Shown: positions 1 to 11,355, counted from the first letter of the stretch. The stretch: DNA of 64,000 nt from an uncultured Pelagibacteraceae bacterium (GCA_902551895.1 CACDEU010000001.1:4697-68696), one strand, 5' to 3'. The notes: a model not told the origin generated them from the letters alone. A program made the numbers and translations.

Positions 1-86
1 AAGTTTTAACAGGATTTAAGAGGGCTGGAGCTAGTGCAGTAGTTACATATTTTGCAAATAAAATAGCTAAAGATTTAAAAAAATAA
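1..86 (+). CDS. hemB: Porphobilinogen synthase, 3' end (partial)
   Basis: Frame from nt 3 reads VLTGFKRAGASAVVTYFANKIAKDLKK*, matching the HemB C-terminal FKRAGA..TYFA motif; not in ORF track. Confidence 0.85.
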   Translation, partial: VLTGFKRAGASAVVTYFANKIAKDLKK

Positions 87-87
87 A

Positions 88-771
88 TTATTCTTTAATT
101 AAATTTAAAAATTCAGTTCTAGATCTTGGGTATGAAATATTGTTTGGTCTTAAAATAGATTTTTCTAAATAATCATTGATTAATTTTAATCCTGCAGAAA
201 TTTGATTGAAATCAATAACATCGTTATTTTTTTCAACTAAAAAGTTTGGTATATACTTTTTTTCATTATTATTAATTACAAAATAAAATTTTTTATTATC
301 AATTAGCTCTTCACTAACAATAGCTTTTAACTCAAGATCATATCCGATAAGTTTAAGCAAATCCAGCTCCCAAAAAATTAATTTATTAATCCAATTTTTA
401 TTTTCTAGAAAATTATAAAATTCATCAATAAGATTATATATTTTAATATTATATTGATTATCTACTGTTAGTAATTTAACTAAACTCATAGATGAAACAA
501 TGCAAGATAACTTTCTTTTGTCTTCAAAAAACAATGGCGTTAATATTTTTTCTATTTCAATATTCAAATATCCCAATCTATTTTCATTTTTAGAATTATA
601 GTTAATATGAAATTTATTTCCAATCTGAAGATAGTTACGGATTTTTTTTGAAGTAGCACCATAAATAACTCCAGAAATTTTACCATGATTTTGAGTAAAT
701 AACTCTGCAATAATTGAATTTTCACCAAACTTATTTTTTGATAATAAATATCCAGAGTCAGACCAAATCAT
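88..771 (-). CDS. recO: DNA repair protein RecO
   Basis: N-terminus MIWSDSGYLLSKNKFGENS..TQNHG; downstream of rnc. Confidence 0.9.
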   Translation of the reverse strand: MIWSDSGYLLSKNKFGENSIIAELFTQNHGKISGVIYGATSKKIRNYLQIGNKFHINYNSKNENRLGYLNIEIEKILTPLFFEDKRKLSCIVSSMSLVKLLTVDNQYNIKIYNLIDEFYNFLENKNWINKLIFWELDLLKLIGYDLELKAIVSEELIDNKKFYFVINNNEKKYIPNFLVEKNNDVIDFNQISAGLKLINDYLEKSILRPNNISYPRSRTEFLNLIKE

Positions 772-1433
772 TTTAGTTTTATATTATCCAATAGTTTTTT
801 TGCTGCATTTTGTTCAGCTTTTTTTTTTGAATCACCTGATCCTTCAAATATTTTTGTATCTTTTAGCTTAACAGATATTATGAATTTTGGTTTATGCTTG
901 GGTCCTATTGAGGATATCATTTTGTAAATAGGTAAAGATTTAAATTTCTTTAAAGAATATTCTTGTAATTTTGTTTTTGAATCAACTATTGTTATATTGG
1001 ATGATTTAATGAAATTTTTCCACATTCTCAGAATGAACTTTTCAGCAGTATCAAAACCTTTATCATAATAAATTGCGCCAATTAAGGCTTCGATTGAATC
1101 TGCTATAATTTTATTTTCAACTTTATTTTTTTTATCCTTATTTCCTAACAAAATAAATTTTTCTAGATTTATAATTTTAGCAATTTCTAAACATTGATTT
1201 TTGTTTACTAAAGAAGCTAATTTTTTGTCTAATATACCTTCTTTTTCATCAGGATATAACTCAATTATTTTTTTTGAAATTACAAATCCTAAAATTCTAT
1301 CTCCTAAAAACTCAAGTTTTTCATTATTATTTTTTGAGTCATAACTTTTGTGTGTTATAGATTTTTTAAGATAGTTTAAATCTTTAAATTTAATATTAAT
1401 TTTTTTTTGAAGAATATTTAATTTATCATTCAT
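768..1433 (-). CDS. rnc: Ribonuclease III
   Basis: NEKLEFLGDRIL signature; C-terminal dsRBD (KTKLQEY...KKKAEQNAA). Confidence 0.97.
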   Translation of the reverse strand: MNDKLNILQKKINIKFKDLNYLKKSITHKSYDSKNNNEKLEFLGDRILGFVISKKIIELYPDEKEGILDKKLASLVNKNQCLEIAKIINLEKFILLGNKDKKNKVENKIIADSIEALIGAIYYDKGFDTAEKFILRMWKNFIKSSNITIVDSKTKLQEYSLKKFKSLPIYKMISSIGPKHKPKFIISVKLKDTKIFEGSGDSKKKAEQNAAKKLLDNIKLK

Positions 1434-2167
1434 TAATTAATTTTTTTGAAAAATCTTTCAAATCTAATTATATTTTTCCAGTCCCAAAATTTAAAAATAC
1501 TACCTATTCGATAATCAGATGAAAAAAATAAAAATTGTGCCTTCCCAACTAAATTGTCTTTATGGACATAACCAACTTCAGATAAAAATCTACTATCTTT
1601 AGAACAGTCTCTATTATCTCCTAATAGAAAGTAATGATTTTCAGGAACTAAAAACTTATCAGAATTTTTAAAACTATAGCTAGTTCTATAAGCCGCCTTG
1701 TAAACCTTTCCATTTGGTAGTTTTTCAGTAAAAAAATTGACCTCTATTTTTTCATTTCCACAAAAAATATTTTCATTACCTTTGACTGAGGTTTTTAATA
1801 ATTGATTATTGTTAATATATAAATTTCCATCTATAAATTGAATTACATCACCTGGTAGTCCAATCAATCTTTTAATATAATCAGTTCTATTATCGGCTGG
1901 TGTTTTAAATACCACTACATCACCCATCTTAGGCATTGAATCCATAATCCTACCATTAAAAATGTTTGGACTAAATGGAAATGAATGTTTGCTATAGCCG
2001 TAAGAATACTTTGTTACAAAAAGCCTATCTCCGACTAATAAATTAGGCTCCATTGATGATGATGGTATGTAAAAGGGTTGTAAAAAAAAAGATCTAATTA
2101 TTAATGCTATTATTAAAGCATAGAATAATGTTTTTAAGTTATCAAGTATTGAGCTTTTACTAATCAT
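1433..2167 (-). CDS. lepB: Signal peptidase I
   Basis: IPSSSMEPNL (catalytic Ser), DYIKRLIGLPGD (Lys), GDNRDCSKDSR. Confidence 0.97.
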   Translation of the reverse strand: MISKSSILDNLKTLFYALIIALIIRSFFLQPFYIPSSSMEPNLLVGDRLFVTKYSYGYSKHSFPFSPNIFNGRIMDSMPKMGDVVVFKTPADNRTDYIKRLIGLPGDVIQFIDGNLYINNNQLLKTSVKGNENIFCGNEKIEVNFFTEKLPNGKVYKAAYRTSYSFKNSDKFLVPENHYFLLGDNRDCSKDSRFLSEVGYVHKDNLVGKAQFLFFSSDYRIGSIFKFWDWKNIIRFERFFKKIN

Positions 2168-2547
2168 TTATGAATCACAGAAAAAGCAATAGAATATTTT
2201 TTTTCATCAGCTAATGATAGTGAAATCTTAATTTTTTTTACTTTAAATTTTGAATAAATAACTTTTTTTATATTATTATTTATTTGATAGTAAGGTTTAC
2301 CTTTTTTATCATTAAATATAGATATATCTTTAAAATTTATACCTTTTCTAAATCCTGTTCCTAAGGCCTTAGACAGTGATTCTTTAGCAGCAAATCTTTT
2401 TGCAAAAAAATTTGTTTTATTTGTAATTTTCTTTGAATTATCTATTTCTTTTTTAGAAAATACTCTTAAAACAAAGCCTTTATTCTTTATAGAATTACTA
2501 ATTCTTTTGTTATCAACAATATCAACACCAATTCCAAATATTTTCAT
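2164..2547 (-). CDS. acpS: Holo-ACP synthase
   Basis: GIGVDIV, RFAAKESLSKALGTG. Confidence 0.96.
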   Translation of the reverse strand: MKIFGIGVDIVDNKRISNSIKNKGFVLRVFSKKEIDNSKKITNKTNFFAKRFAAKESLSKALGTGFRKGINFKDISIFNDKKGKPYYQINNNIKKVIYSKFKVKKIKISLSLADEKKYSIAFSVIHK

Positions 2548-3263
2548 TATTTTTTGATAGATTTTTTAATTTTTCTAATTACCTCTTTCAATCCTACAGA
2601 AATAGCTTCGCCGATAATAAAATGTCCTATATTAAATTCTTTAATTTCGCTAATTTTTGCTAAAATTTGAGTTGTTTTATAATCCATGCCATGTCCTGCG
2701 TGTACTTCTAATCCTAACGCTTTTGCAAACTTTGCACAATTTTTAATTTTATTTAATTCATTTTTATAATTTTTTTTCTCTTTAATTAAACTTGATAATT
2801 TTCCAGTATGAATTTCTATACAATTAGAATTTATTTTTTTTGAATATTTAATGTCTTTAATTGTTGGATTAATAAAAAGACTGGTTCTAATCTTTTTTTT
2901 ATTTAGCTTTTTTATAATAAATTTAATTTTTTTATAATTTTTAATTAAATTTAATCCACCCTCGGTTGTTAATTCTTCTCTCTTTTCTGGAACTAAACAA
3001 ACAAAGTTAGGATTATACTTTAATGCAATTTTCATCATTTTATAATTACATGCTATTTCTAAATTAAGAGGTATTTTTGTTTTTGATAATTTTATTAAAT
3101 CTTCATCTTTAATGTGCCTTCTATCCTCACGTAAATGAATAGTAATTGAGTCTGCACCAAAATTTATTGCTTGTTTTGCTACAAGAAGAGGATCTGGATG
3201 TTTTTCACCTCTTGCATTTCTCAAGGTTCCAACATGATCAACGTTAACACCTAAATTTTTCAT
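2547..3263 (-). CDS. pdxJ: Pyridoxine 5'-phosphate synthase
   Basis: LGVNVDHVGTLRNAR, HLREDRRHI, VHAGHG, NIGHF. Confidence 0.97.
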   Translation of the reverse strand: MKNLGVNVDHVGTLRNARGEKHPDPLLVAKQAINFGADSITIHLREDRRHIKDEDLIKLSKTKIPLNLEIACNYKMMKIALKYNPNFVCLVPEKREELTTEGGLNLIKNYKKIKFIIKKLNKKKIRTSLFINPTIKDIKYSKKINSNCIEIHTGKLSSLIKEKKNYKNELNKIKNCAKFAKALGLEVHAGHGMDYKTTQILAKISEIKEFNIGHFIIGEAISVGLKEVIRKIKKSIKK

Positions 3264-3847
3264 TTTAGGTGTCTACTACCTGGCTTGGTTATTGGAATTT
3301 TTTTTAAGTTTTTTGGTAAATTATTTTTTTTATAGGTAGGAATATTCAATTTAATCTGGGAAATAATTTTTTTTTTAATTTTTAAACTCTTATTGTTTGA
3401 TCTATCTATTATGCACGCAAAACCAATAAATTTAGCTTTGTGTTTTTTTATTAGTTTGACACATTCTAAACTAGATTTTCCTGTTGTTATTACATCCTCA
3501 ACTATTAAAACTTTTGAATTTTTTTTTATATTAAAGCCTCGTCTAAGCAAAAATTTACCTGACACTCTTTCACAGAAAATAGTTTCCTTTTTTAATAATT
3601 TACCTATTTCGTAACCAATTATAATTCCTCCCATAGCTGGTGATAGTATTAAATCAATTTTTTTAAATTTTTTTTTAATTTTTTTACTCAAAGATTGACA
3701 AATTTTTGATGATAAATGAGGTTTGCTTAATAGCTTTGCGCATTGTACGTAATTGGGTGAATGTAAACCTGAAGATAAAATAAAGTGACCTTCTAAAAGA
3801 GCATTAGTTCTTTTTAAAACCGCCAAAGAGTTTTTTAATGAAAGCAT
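3260..3847 (-). CDS. pyrE: Orotate phosphoribosyltransferase
   Basis: GHFILSSGLHS and PRPP-binding VEDVITTG. Confidence 0.95.
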   Translation of the reverse strand: MLSLKNSLAVLKRTNALLEGHFILSSGLHSPNYVQCAKLLSKPHLSSKICQSLSKKIKKKFKKIDLILSPAMGGIIIGYEIGKLLKKETIFCERVSGKFLLRRGFNIKKNSKVLIVEDVITTGKSSLECVKLIKKHKAKFIGFACIIDRSNNKSLKIKKKIISQIKLNIPTYKKNNLPKNLKKIPITKPGSRHLK

Positions 3848-5549
3848 ATTTTTTATTTTTATGTCTTATAATTTTGAAATTGTATTCTTTTTGTTTTAGC
3901 TCACTAATAAGTTTTGTAAAGTTTTTCAAATCATGAATTATTACATTAAATCTGAAATTTATGGTTTTTTCAGTTTTTTCCACCATTTCAACGCTTGAAA
4001 TATTAACATTATTTTCTCCAATCATTGTTGTTACATCTCCAAGTTTGCCGGGCTGATCATCTAACGAAATCCACAATGTCGTGTTGTATTCTTTAGATTT
4101 AAGAACTTGTGCATCATCTTTATATTGCCAATATCTTTTGATTGCAGCTCTAGCTTTTCCAGTTTTTGTCGATGTTAACCAGTGTAATGATGGAGAAGCT
4201 TTTTTCGAAGTCAAAACTCTCACTACATCACCATTAATTAAAATGCTTTGCAAAGCACTTACTTTTCCGTTTATTTCACAGCCTATTGCAGCATCGCCAA
4301 TTTTTGTGTGTACGGCGTAGGCAAAATCAATTGGTGTAGCTTCCTTGGGCAATTTTATAATCATACCCTTAGGAGTAAAACAAAAAACATTTTCTTGAAA
4401 CATTTGTAGCTTTGTATATTCAAAATAATGTTCTGGATTTTCATTTCTATCCATTATTTCAACAAGATCTTTTAACCAATCATATTCTTTCCACGTCAAA
4501 GAGTTAAATTTTTCAGAAGACTTGTACTTCCAGTGAGATGCTATGCCTCTTTCAGCAAATTCATGCATAGGCTTGGTTCTAATTTGAATTTCAATCGGTC
4601 TTTGGTTGGGTCCAATAATTGCTGTATGAATAGATTGATAATTGTTTATTTTAGGAGATGAAATATAATCTTTAAATTTTCCAGGTATACAATTATATTT
4701 TGAATGAAGGACACCTAAAGCTTTATAACAATCCTGAATACTATCTAATATAATTCTAAATCCAATAATATCTGTTATTTGTTCTAGAGAAACTCTTTTT
4801 CTTTGAACCTTTCTCCAAATTGAAAAAGGAGTTTTTTCTCTCCCTACAATTTCAGACTTTAAATTATTTTCATTAAGTAAATTTATAAATTCTAATGATA
4901 CATTTTTAAAACTTGTTGTTCTATTATCTTTTATTTCGTCGAGTCGTTTGTTTATTAGTTCTCTGGCCTTAAAATTTAATATTTTAAATGAAAGATCCTC
5001 TAACTCATCTCTTATTCTAAACATACCCATTCTGTCAGCTAAAGGAGCATATATTTCCATAGTTTCTTTTGCTTTTCTGATTTGCTTATCCTTGTCTATA
5101 ACATGCTCTATAGTCCTCATGTTGTGTAATCTATCTGCAAGTTTAACAAGTAAAACTCTTATATCTTTAGATGTAGCTAAAATTAATTTTCTAAAATTCT
5201 CTGCCTTCGTATTTGATACAGCTTGATTTTCGAACTCAGAAATTTTTGTAACACCATCAACCAAATCAGCTACTTCTATACCAAATTCTTCTTTAATATT
5301 TTGATATGTTGCGTGGGTATCTTCTATAGTATCATGTAGTAAACCAGTAGCTATCGTAGCACTGTCTAGTTTCAATTCAGTTAAAATGTTGGCTACTGCA
5401 ATTGGATGTATAATATAGGGTGATCCTTCATCTCTTTTTTGTTTTTCATGAGCTTTTAATGCAAAATTATAAGCTTTCGTTAAAGTTTCGGGATTTAGAA
5501 ACTTATTATAAGATTTTACTTTTGTTATTAATTCTTCTGAATTTAACAT
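3804..5549 (-). CDS. spoT: Bifunctional (p)ppGpp synthetase/hydrolase Rsh, shortened (HD-SYNTH-TGS-ACT)
   Basis: LLHDTIEDT, KLADRLHNMRT, YQSIHT, EIQIRT, TGS (TPIDFAYAVHT), C-terminal ACT; ATG at 5549. Confidence 0.95.
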   Translation of the reverse strand: MLNSEELITKVKSYNKFLNPETLTKAYNFALKAHEKQKRDEGSPYIIHPIAVANILTELKLDSATIATGLLHDTIEDTHATYQNIKEEFGIEVADLVDGVTKISEFENQAVSNTKAENFRKLILATSKDIRVLLVKLADRLHNMRTIEHVIDKDKQIRKAKETMEIYAPLADRMGMFRIRDELEDLSFKILNFKARELINKRLDEIKDNRTTSFKNVSLEFINLLNENNLKSEIVGREKTPFSIWRKVQRKRVSLEQITDIIGFRIILDSIQDCYKALGVLHSKYNCIPGKFKDYISSPKINNYQSIHTAIIGPNQRPIEIQIRTKPMHEFAERGIASHWKYKSSEKFNSLTWKEYDWLKDLVEIMDRNENPEHYFEYTKLQMFQENVFCFTPKGMIIKLPKEATPIDFAYAVHTKIGDAAIGCEINGKVSALQSILINGDVVRVLTSKKASPSLHWLTSTKTGKARAAIKRYWQYKDDAQVLKSKEYNTTLWISLDDQPGKLGDVTTMIGENNVNISSVEMVEKTEKTINFRFNVIIHDLKNFTKLISELKQKEYNFKIIRHKNKKYAFIKKLFGGFKKN

Positions 5550-5555
5550 CAACAA

Positions 5556-5564
5556 ATTATACCA
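5556..5564 (-). promoter_or_regulatory. Extended -10 promoter (TGGTATAAT) 6 nt upstream of the rsh ATG
   Basis: Minus strand reads TGGTATAAT-TTGTTG-ATG, a perfect TGnTATAAT; no SD sequence. Confidence 0.6.
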
Positions 5565-5569
5565 TTTAT

Positions 5570-6097
5570 TTAAATTTGTTTAATAGTGTAAAGAGAGAAA
5601 TTGTCTAATTTATCTATCAAATCTTGAATTTTTCTTTTTTTTACTGGATGTTTCCAGTTTTTTTCTATTTCAAAAAGGGGAAATAAAACAAAATTTCTAT
5701 TATGAAGTCTTGGATGAGGAATAATTAATTTATTTTTATTGAAGCATAATTTGTAAATTTGACCTCTATAATCAAGAATATCAATATCACAAATTCTTGG
5801 TCTATTAACTGGTAATTTTTTTCTACCAAGTTTTTTTTCAATATCTTTTATAATTTTAAATAAATTTATAGGTTTTAATTTTGTTATAATTTTAATTACA
5901 ATATTGTAAAATTTAGGGTCATTTTTATTGGGCCATGAATATGTTTCATAAATATTGGAGCTTTTTATAATTTTTATTGAATTTTTCTCTAAAAGAAATT
6001 TAGCTTTTTCAATATTACTTTTTCTGTTACCAAGATTAGATCCTATGCCTAAAAAAGCTATATTAACTAGATTTTCTGAAGTATCTTGCTTTATCAC
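5570..6097 (-). CDS. folK: 2-amino-4-hydroxy-6-hydroxymethyldihydropteridine pyrophosphokinase
   Basis: [29 protein letters not shown]; likely start GTG at 6097 (ORF-track start overlaps smpB by >100 nt). Confidence 0.93.
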   Translation of the reverse strand: MIKQDTSENLVNIAFLGIGSNLGNRKSNIEKAKFLLEKNSIKIIKSSNIYETYSWPNKNDPKFYNIVIKIITKLKPINLFKIIKDIEKKLGRKKLPVNRPRICDIDILDYRGQIYKLCFNKNKLIIPHPRLHNRNFVLFPLFEIEKNWKHPVKKRKIQDLIDKLDNFSLYTIKQI

Positions 6098-6533
6098 GAT
6101 TCCAATCTCTATTTTTTTTAGTTTGTCTTTTATCGTATTGTTTTTTTCCTTTAGCAACAGCAATTTCAATTTTAGCTTTGCCTTTCTTAAAATACATTTT
6201 TGTCGGTACTAATGTAAATCCTTCAGCGTTTATTTTACCAGTGAGCTTGTTTATTTCTTTTTTATTGAATAAAAGTTTTCTTTCGTCAGTCGGATTGTGA
6301 TTTGAATAACTTGCTTGTTTATATGATGAAATATGAGAATTAATTAGATAAATTTCACCATTTTTTTCTATTGCATAAGAATCTGCTATATTTATTTTTC
6401 CAGACCTAATTGATTTAATTTCAGAACCTCTCAAAACTATACCTGCTTCAATTAATTCATGAAAAAAATAATTAAAACTTGCTTTTCTATTTAAACAAAT
6501 AATTTTTAAACCAGCATTGGCTTTCTTTTTCAT
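6063..6533 (-). CDS. smpB: SsrA-binding protein
   Basis: [30 protein letters not shown]. Confidence 0.97.
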   Translation of the reverse strand: MKKKANAGLKIICLNRKASFNYFFHELIEAGIVLRGSEIKSIRSGKINIADSYAIEKNGEIYLINSHISSYKQASYSNHNPTDERKLLFNKKEINKLTGKINAEGFTLVPTKMYFKKGKAKIEIAVAKGKKQYDKRQTKKNRDWNRDKARYFRKSS

Positions 6534-7417
6534 TAACTAATAAGTTTAGCTGATGATAAAGCTTTTTTAACTTCTTCTTCTGTTTCCTTTTTAATTTTAA
6601 CTAATGGAAGTCTAATCTCATCATCACATAATCCCAAGAGTTTAGCTGCAAATTTTACTGGCGCGGGGTTGCTCTCTATAAATAAAGCTTTGTGTAATGG
6701 TTGTAACATTTGATCTATTCTTTGTGCTTCTTTGAATTCATTATCTGATTTTGATTTTGAATATTTTTGCATGTCTGAACATAATTTGGGGGCGATATTG
6801 GCTGTAACTGAAATAATTCCTACACCACCTCTTTTGTTAAATTCAAATGCGAGACCATCTTCTCCAGTAAGCTGAATAAATTCAGGACCTAGTTTTTTTA
6901 ATGTCTGATCAAGTCTATTCAAATCTCCAGTTGCATCCTTAACTCCAGCAATATTTTTTAGTTCAAATAATCTTGCCATAGTGTCAACTGACATATCAAT
7001 TACACATCTACTTGGTATATTGTAAATTATAATAGGAAGATTTGTATTATCATTGATTGATTTATAATGTTGATATAAACCTTCCTGTGTAGGCTTGTTA
7101 TAATATGGTGTAACAACTAGAGCTCCATCGGCTCCTGCTTTTTCTGCGTGTTTCGTTAATGCAACAGCCTCTTCAGTTGAATTGGATCCTGTACCTGCAA
7201 TTACAGGAATTTTACCATTTGTCTCTTTAATGCATAATTCAATTACTTTTTCGTGCTCTTTATGGCTTAAAGTGGGAGATTCGCCAGTTGTTCCTGCTGG
7301 AACTAAGCCATTAGTATTATTTTCTAAATGAAAATTAATTAATTTAATATAATTTTCTTCATCTAGATTATTATCTTTGAATGGTGTTATAAGTGCTACA
7401 TTTGAACCTTTAAACAT
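6533..7417 (-). CDS. dapA: 4-hydroxy-tetrahydrodipicolinate synthase
   Basis: [27 protein letters not shown]. Confidence 0.97.
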   Translation of the reverse strand: MFKGSNVALITPFKDNNLDEENYIKLINFHLENNTNGLVPAGTTGESPTLSHKEHEKVIELCIKETNGKIPVIAGTGSNSTEEAVALTKHAEKAGADGALVVTPYYNKPTQEGLYQHYKSINDNTNLPIIIYNIPSRCVIDMSVDTMARLFELKNIAGVKDATGDLNRLDQTLKKLGPEFIQLTGEDGLAFEFNKRGGVGIISVTANIAPKLCSDMQKYSKSKSDNEFKEAQRIDQMLQPLHKALFIESNPAPVKFAAKLLGLCDDEIRLPLVKIKKETEEEVKKALSSAKLIS

Positions 7418-7460
7418 GAGATCTTATAACATAAATTGCTAACGATTCATTAAATTTATT

Positions 7461-9668
7461 ATGAAAAAAAAGCTCTTAAAATTGGCAATAATTTTTTTTA
7501 TCTTCTTTGATAGTAGTTATTTTGTATATGCCAATGAAGAAATTATTCTTCCAGAAATAAAGCCAGTAATAAGTAAAAAAGAAACCTCAAAAAAAATAGT
7601 AAATGTTTTAGTTCCTTTAAAAAAACCAAATTTAAAAAAAGAAGAAATAGAGCCAAAGACAGTAAAAAAAATAACAATAAATGGAGAAATTATTCCACAA
7701 AGCAAACCTTTGATTGTTAAAACAGAAAAGTCAGTTAGGGCAAAAAAATCCAAATACTATTCAAAAAAAGATTATGAAATTGCCAAAATAGCTATTAGAA
7801 GCATGGAACAAAGGAAATGGATTTCAGCTGAAAAAACTGCAAAAAAAGCAAGGGATAAATCGATATATAATTTTATAAGATGGAAACATCTTTTAACTAC
7901 AGGAAATCAATTACCTTTTTATGAATACAAAAGATTTATAGAATTAAATCCAAAATATCCAAGAATAAATAGAATAAAATATTTAGCAGAACATAAAATG
8001 TCGGCAAGAGATTTGTCTCCTAATTTCATTATAGATTGGTTCAAAAAAAATCCACCCTTAAGTGGGTTTGGTAAAATCGTTTTAGGTGAAGCACTTTTGA
8101 TAAAAGGTCAATCCGCTGAAGGTACCAAATTAATTAAAAACGGATGGATCAATGCAGATTTAAGTAGAAATGATATGAAATTTTTTAGAAAAAAATATAA
8201 AAAAATTTTAAATTCCAATGATTATATAAAAAGAGCTGACTATTTAGCTTATGAGAATAAGTACTGGGATTTAAAAAGAATGCTAAGATATTTGCCAAAA
8301 GACTATCAGCTTCTTTATACAGCAAGACAATTATTAATGAGTAAATCTTATGGTGTAGATACAGCAATAAGTAAGGTTCCAAAAAAGTTTAAAAATGACC
8401 ATGGTTTAAATTATGATCGTTTAAAATGGAGAAGAAAAAGAGGAAGAGTTGATGGTTCTCTTGAAATTTTACTTAAAATCAAAAATACCAAAGAATATAT
8501 GGTAAGACCCGACAAGTGGTGGGTAGAAAGAGGAATAATAGGAAGATCATTAATTTATAAAAAAAAATATGAAACAGCATATAAAGTTGTAAGCAACCAC
8601 GCACTGACAGAAGGTCCAGAATATGCAGAAGCTGAATGGATGAGTGGTTGGATAGCTTTAAGTTTTTTAAAAGACCCTATTTTAGCAGAAAATCATTTTA
8701 TGAACTTTTATAATAATGTCGGTTACCCAATAAGTTTGTCCAGAGGTGCGTATTGGCTTGGTAGAACTTATGAAAAAATTGGTAAAAAAGATTTAGCAGT
8801 ACAATGGTATAATGAATCTTCTAAATATTTAACTACTTATTATGGTCAACTTTCGCATTTAAAAATTAGTCCAAATAAGGAAATAGAATTAAATAATCTT
8901 ATGGAAGTTGATAAAGAGTATGCAGAAAAGTTTTACAAGAAAGACATAGTTAAAGTAATTCATTTATTAGATGAATTAAATAAAGACAAATATACAAAAC
9001 ATCTTTTAAGAGGACTTGCAAATGATAATATTATCTCGGGTAGCGAGGTTTTAGCTGCAAAATTAGCATCGGATATATCAAGATTTGATTTTGCAGTTCA
9101 AGTTTCAAAAATTGCATCATATGAAAAAAGATTTCACAACAAATATAATTATCCAGTCATAAGCACACCGAAAATTATTAATGGAAGAAAAATACCTGAA
9201 TCTGCATTTATATTATCTATAATTAGACAAGAAAGTGAATTTGACACAAGTGCTCATAGTCATGCTGGAGCACAAGGGCTAATGCAATTAATGACTTACA
9301 CTGCTAAAGTTGTAGCCAAACAAGCAAAATTACCTTATTCAAAATCTAGATTAACTTCGGACCCGGAATATAATGTTAATTTGGGTTCACATTATATAGC
9401 GGGATTAATTCTTGAATATGATGGTTCATATCCTTTTGCAATAGCCGCATACAATGCTGGGCCAAAAAGAGTTAGATATTGGAAAAAAATAAATAAAAAC
9501 CCACAAAAAAAACAAATAGATTATGTTGATTGGATTGAATTAATTAAATTTAAAGAAACTAGAAATTATGTTCAGAGAGTATTAGAAAATTATAATGTTT
9601 ACAGATACATACTTGAACAAAAACCAATAAAATTGAAAGATTTTTTCAAAAACGATCCTCTCTATTAG
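7461..9668 (+). CDS. Soluble lytic murein transglycosylase (Slt family)
   Basis: Signal peptide; C-terminal SLT domain IRQESEF, GAQGLMQLM, AAYNAGP, ETRNYVQRV. Confidence 0.93.
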   Translation: MKKKLLKLAIIFFIFFDSSYFVYANEEIILPEIKPVISKKETSKKIVNVLVPLKKPNLKKEEIEPKTVKKITINGEIIPQSKPLIVKTEKSVRAKKSKYYSKKDYEIAKIAIRSMEQRKWISAEKTAKKARDKSIYNFIRWKHLLTTGNQLPFYEYKRFIELNPKYPRINRIKYLAEHKMSARDLSPNFIIDWFKKNPPLSGFGKIVLGEALLIKGQSAEGTKLIKNGWINADLSRNDMKFFRKKYKKILNSNDYIKRADYLAYENKYWDLKRMLRYLPKDYQLLYTARQLLMSKSYGVDTAISKVPKKFKNDHGLNYDRLKWRRKRGRVDGSLEILLKIKNTKEYMVRPDKWWVERGIIGRSLIYKKKYETAYKVVSNHALTEGPEYAEAEWMSGWIALSFLKDPILAENHFMNFYNNVGYPISLSRGAYWLGRTYEKIGKKDLAVQWYNESSKYLTTYYGQLSHLKISPNKEIELNNLMEVDKEYAEKFYKKDIVKVIHLLDELNKDKYTKHLLRGLANDNIISGSEVLAAKLASDISRFDFAVQVSKIASYEKRFHNKYNYPVISTPKIINGRKIPESAFILSIIRQESEFDTSAHSHAGAQGLMQLMTYTAKVVAKQAKLPYSKSRLTSDPEYNVNLGSHYIAGLILEYDGSYPFAIAAYNAGPKRVRYWKKINKNPQKKQIDYVDWIELIKFKETRNYVQRVLENYNVYRYILEQKPIKLKDFFKNDPLY

Positions 9669-9761
9669 TGGCGGAAAGGGAGGGATTCGAACCCTCGGTA
9701 CATCTTTCGACGCACGACGAGTTAGCAACCCGTTGGTTTAAACCAGCTCACCCACCTTTCC
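9669..9761 (-). tRNA. tRNA-Ser(GCT)
   Basis: GGAAAGG acceptor, anticodon loop TT-GCT-AA, long variable arm, GGTTCGAATCC, encoded CCA directly abutting the slt stop codon. Confidence 0.96.
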
Positions 9762-9826
9762 GTTGTTTACTGTGTAACTTGAAATCATTGAATATTCAAT
9801 ATTTATAAAGTAATTTTGGGCAAAAT

Positions 9827-11080
9827 ATGAAAAACAAATACTCAATATTTTCACTAATTAAGAATGCTTTTAGCTATCATGAAAACTGGCAAAGAGCATG
9901 GAGGGACCCTGAACCGAAAAAAGAATATGATGCAATAATTATTGGTGGAGGTGGCCATGGTTTAGCAACAGCATTTTATTTAGCCAAAAAACATAATATG
10001 ACAAATATTGCTGTTGTTGAAAAAGGTTGGATTGGTGGTGGAAACACTGGAAGAAATACTACTATTATACGCTCAAATTATTTATGGGATGCCAGTGCAG
10101 GATTATATGACCATGCATTAAAAATTTGGGAAGGACTATCTCAAGAATTAAATTATAACGTAATGTTTAGTCAAAGAGGTGTTATGAATTTGGCTCATAA
10201 CCTTCAAGATGTTAGAGATTTAAAAAGAAGAACTCATGCAAACAGATTAAACGGTATTGATGCAGTATGGTTAAATACTGAAGAAGTAAAAAAATTCTGT
10301 CCAATAATTAATACTTCGCCTGATATTAGATATCCTGTTTTGGGTGGAACTTTACAAAGAAGAGCGGGAACAGCTAGACATGATGCTGTTGCATGGGGTT
10401 ACGCTCGTGGAGCTGATGCAATGGGTGTAGATATTATTCAAAATTGTGAAGTAAAAGGAATTAAAAGGAATGAAGATAGCGTTGAAGGTATAGAAACTAC
10501 AAAAGGATTTATTAAAACAAAAAAAATTGGAGTAGTTGCTGCTGGTCATTCTAGTGTTATTGCAAATATGGTTGATTTAAAATTACCACTTGAAAGTAAA
10601 CCTTTACAAGCTTTGGTATCTGAACCTGTAAAACCTATTATTGATACGGTAGTGATGTCCAACGCTGTGCATGCTTATGTAAGTCAATCTGATAAAGGAG
10701 AATTAGTTATTGGTGCAGGAACTGATGCTTATGTTTCGTATACACAAAGAGGCAGCCATGATGTTGTTGAAGGAACTTTAAAGGCAATACTAGAGCTCTA
10801 CCCTATTTTTAGTAGAATGAAAATGTTAAGACAATGGGGAGGTATAGTTGATATCTGTCCTGATGCTAGTCCAATAATTAGTAAAACACATATTAAGGGA
10901 TTATATTTTAATTGTGGTTGGGGGACTGGTGGATTTAAAGCTACACCAGGTTCAGGTGATTTATTTGCACATACTATCGCTAACGATGAGCCTCATAAAC
11001 TAAATGCTAATTTTAATATAAATAGATTTGTAAGTGGTGACCTTGTAGATGAACATGGAGCAGCTGCTGTAGCACATTAA
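9827..11080 (+). CDS. soxB: Heterotetrameric sarcosine oxidase beta subunit
   Basis: [13 protein letters not shown] motif, [15 protein letters not shown]-terminal [10 protein letters not shown]. Confidence 0.96.
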   Translation: MKNKYSIFSLIKNAFSYHENWQRAWRDPEPKKEYDAIIIGGGGHGLATAFYLAKKHNMTNIAVVEKGWIGGGNTGRNTTIIRSNYLWDASAGLYDHALKIWEGLSQELNYNVMFSQRGVMNLAHNLQDVRDLKRRTHANRLNGIDAVWLNTEEVKKFCPIINTSPDIRYPVLGGTLQRRAGTARHDAVAWGYARGADAMGVDIIQNCEVKGIKRNEDSVEGIETTKGFIKTKKIGVVAAGHSSVIANMVDLKLPLESKPLQALVSEPVKPIIDTVVMSNAVHAYVSQSDKGELVIGAGTDAYVSYTQRGSHDVVEGTLKAILELYPIFSRMKMLRQWGGIVDICPDASPIISKTHIKGLYFNCGWGTGGFKATPGSGDLFAHTIANDEPHKLNANFNINRFVSGDLVDEHGAAAVAH

Positions 11081-11355
11081 TGTTTTTAATTAATTGTCCA
11101 TATTGTGGTGAAAGAGATCAAAGCGAATTTTCTGCTGGTGGAGAAGCTCATATCTTAAGACCAAAACAACCAACTGAACTAAGTGACGATCAATGGGCAG
11201 AATATCTATTTATGAGAAAAAATATTAAAGGAGTTCAATTTGAAAGATGGAATCATACACACGGATGTAGAAAATGGTTCAATATGGTTAGAGATACATC
11301 TAATGATAAAATTCACGCCGTTTATAAAATGGGTGAAAAACCTCCTGTAAAATAA
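11080..11355 (+). CDS. soxD: Sarcosine oxidase delta subunit
   Basis: CPYCGER..EF..GGEAH, ERWNHTHGCRKWF. Confidence 0.96.
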   Translation: MFLINCPYCGERDQSEFSAGGEAHILRPKQPTELSDDQWAEYLFMRKNIKGVQFERWNHTHGCRKWFNMVRDTSNDKIHAVYKMGEKPPVK

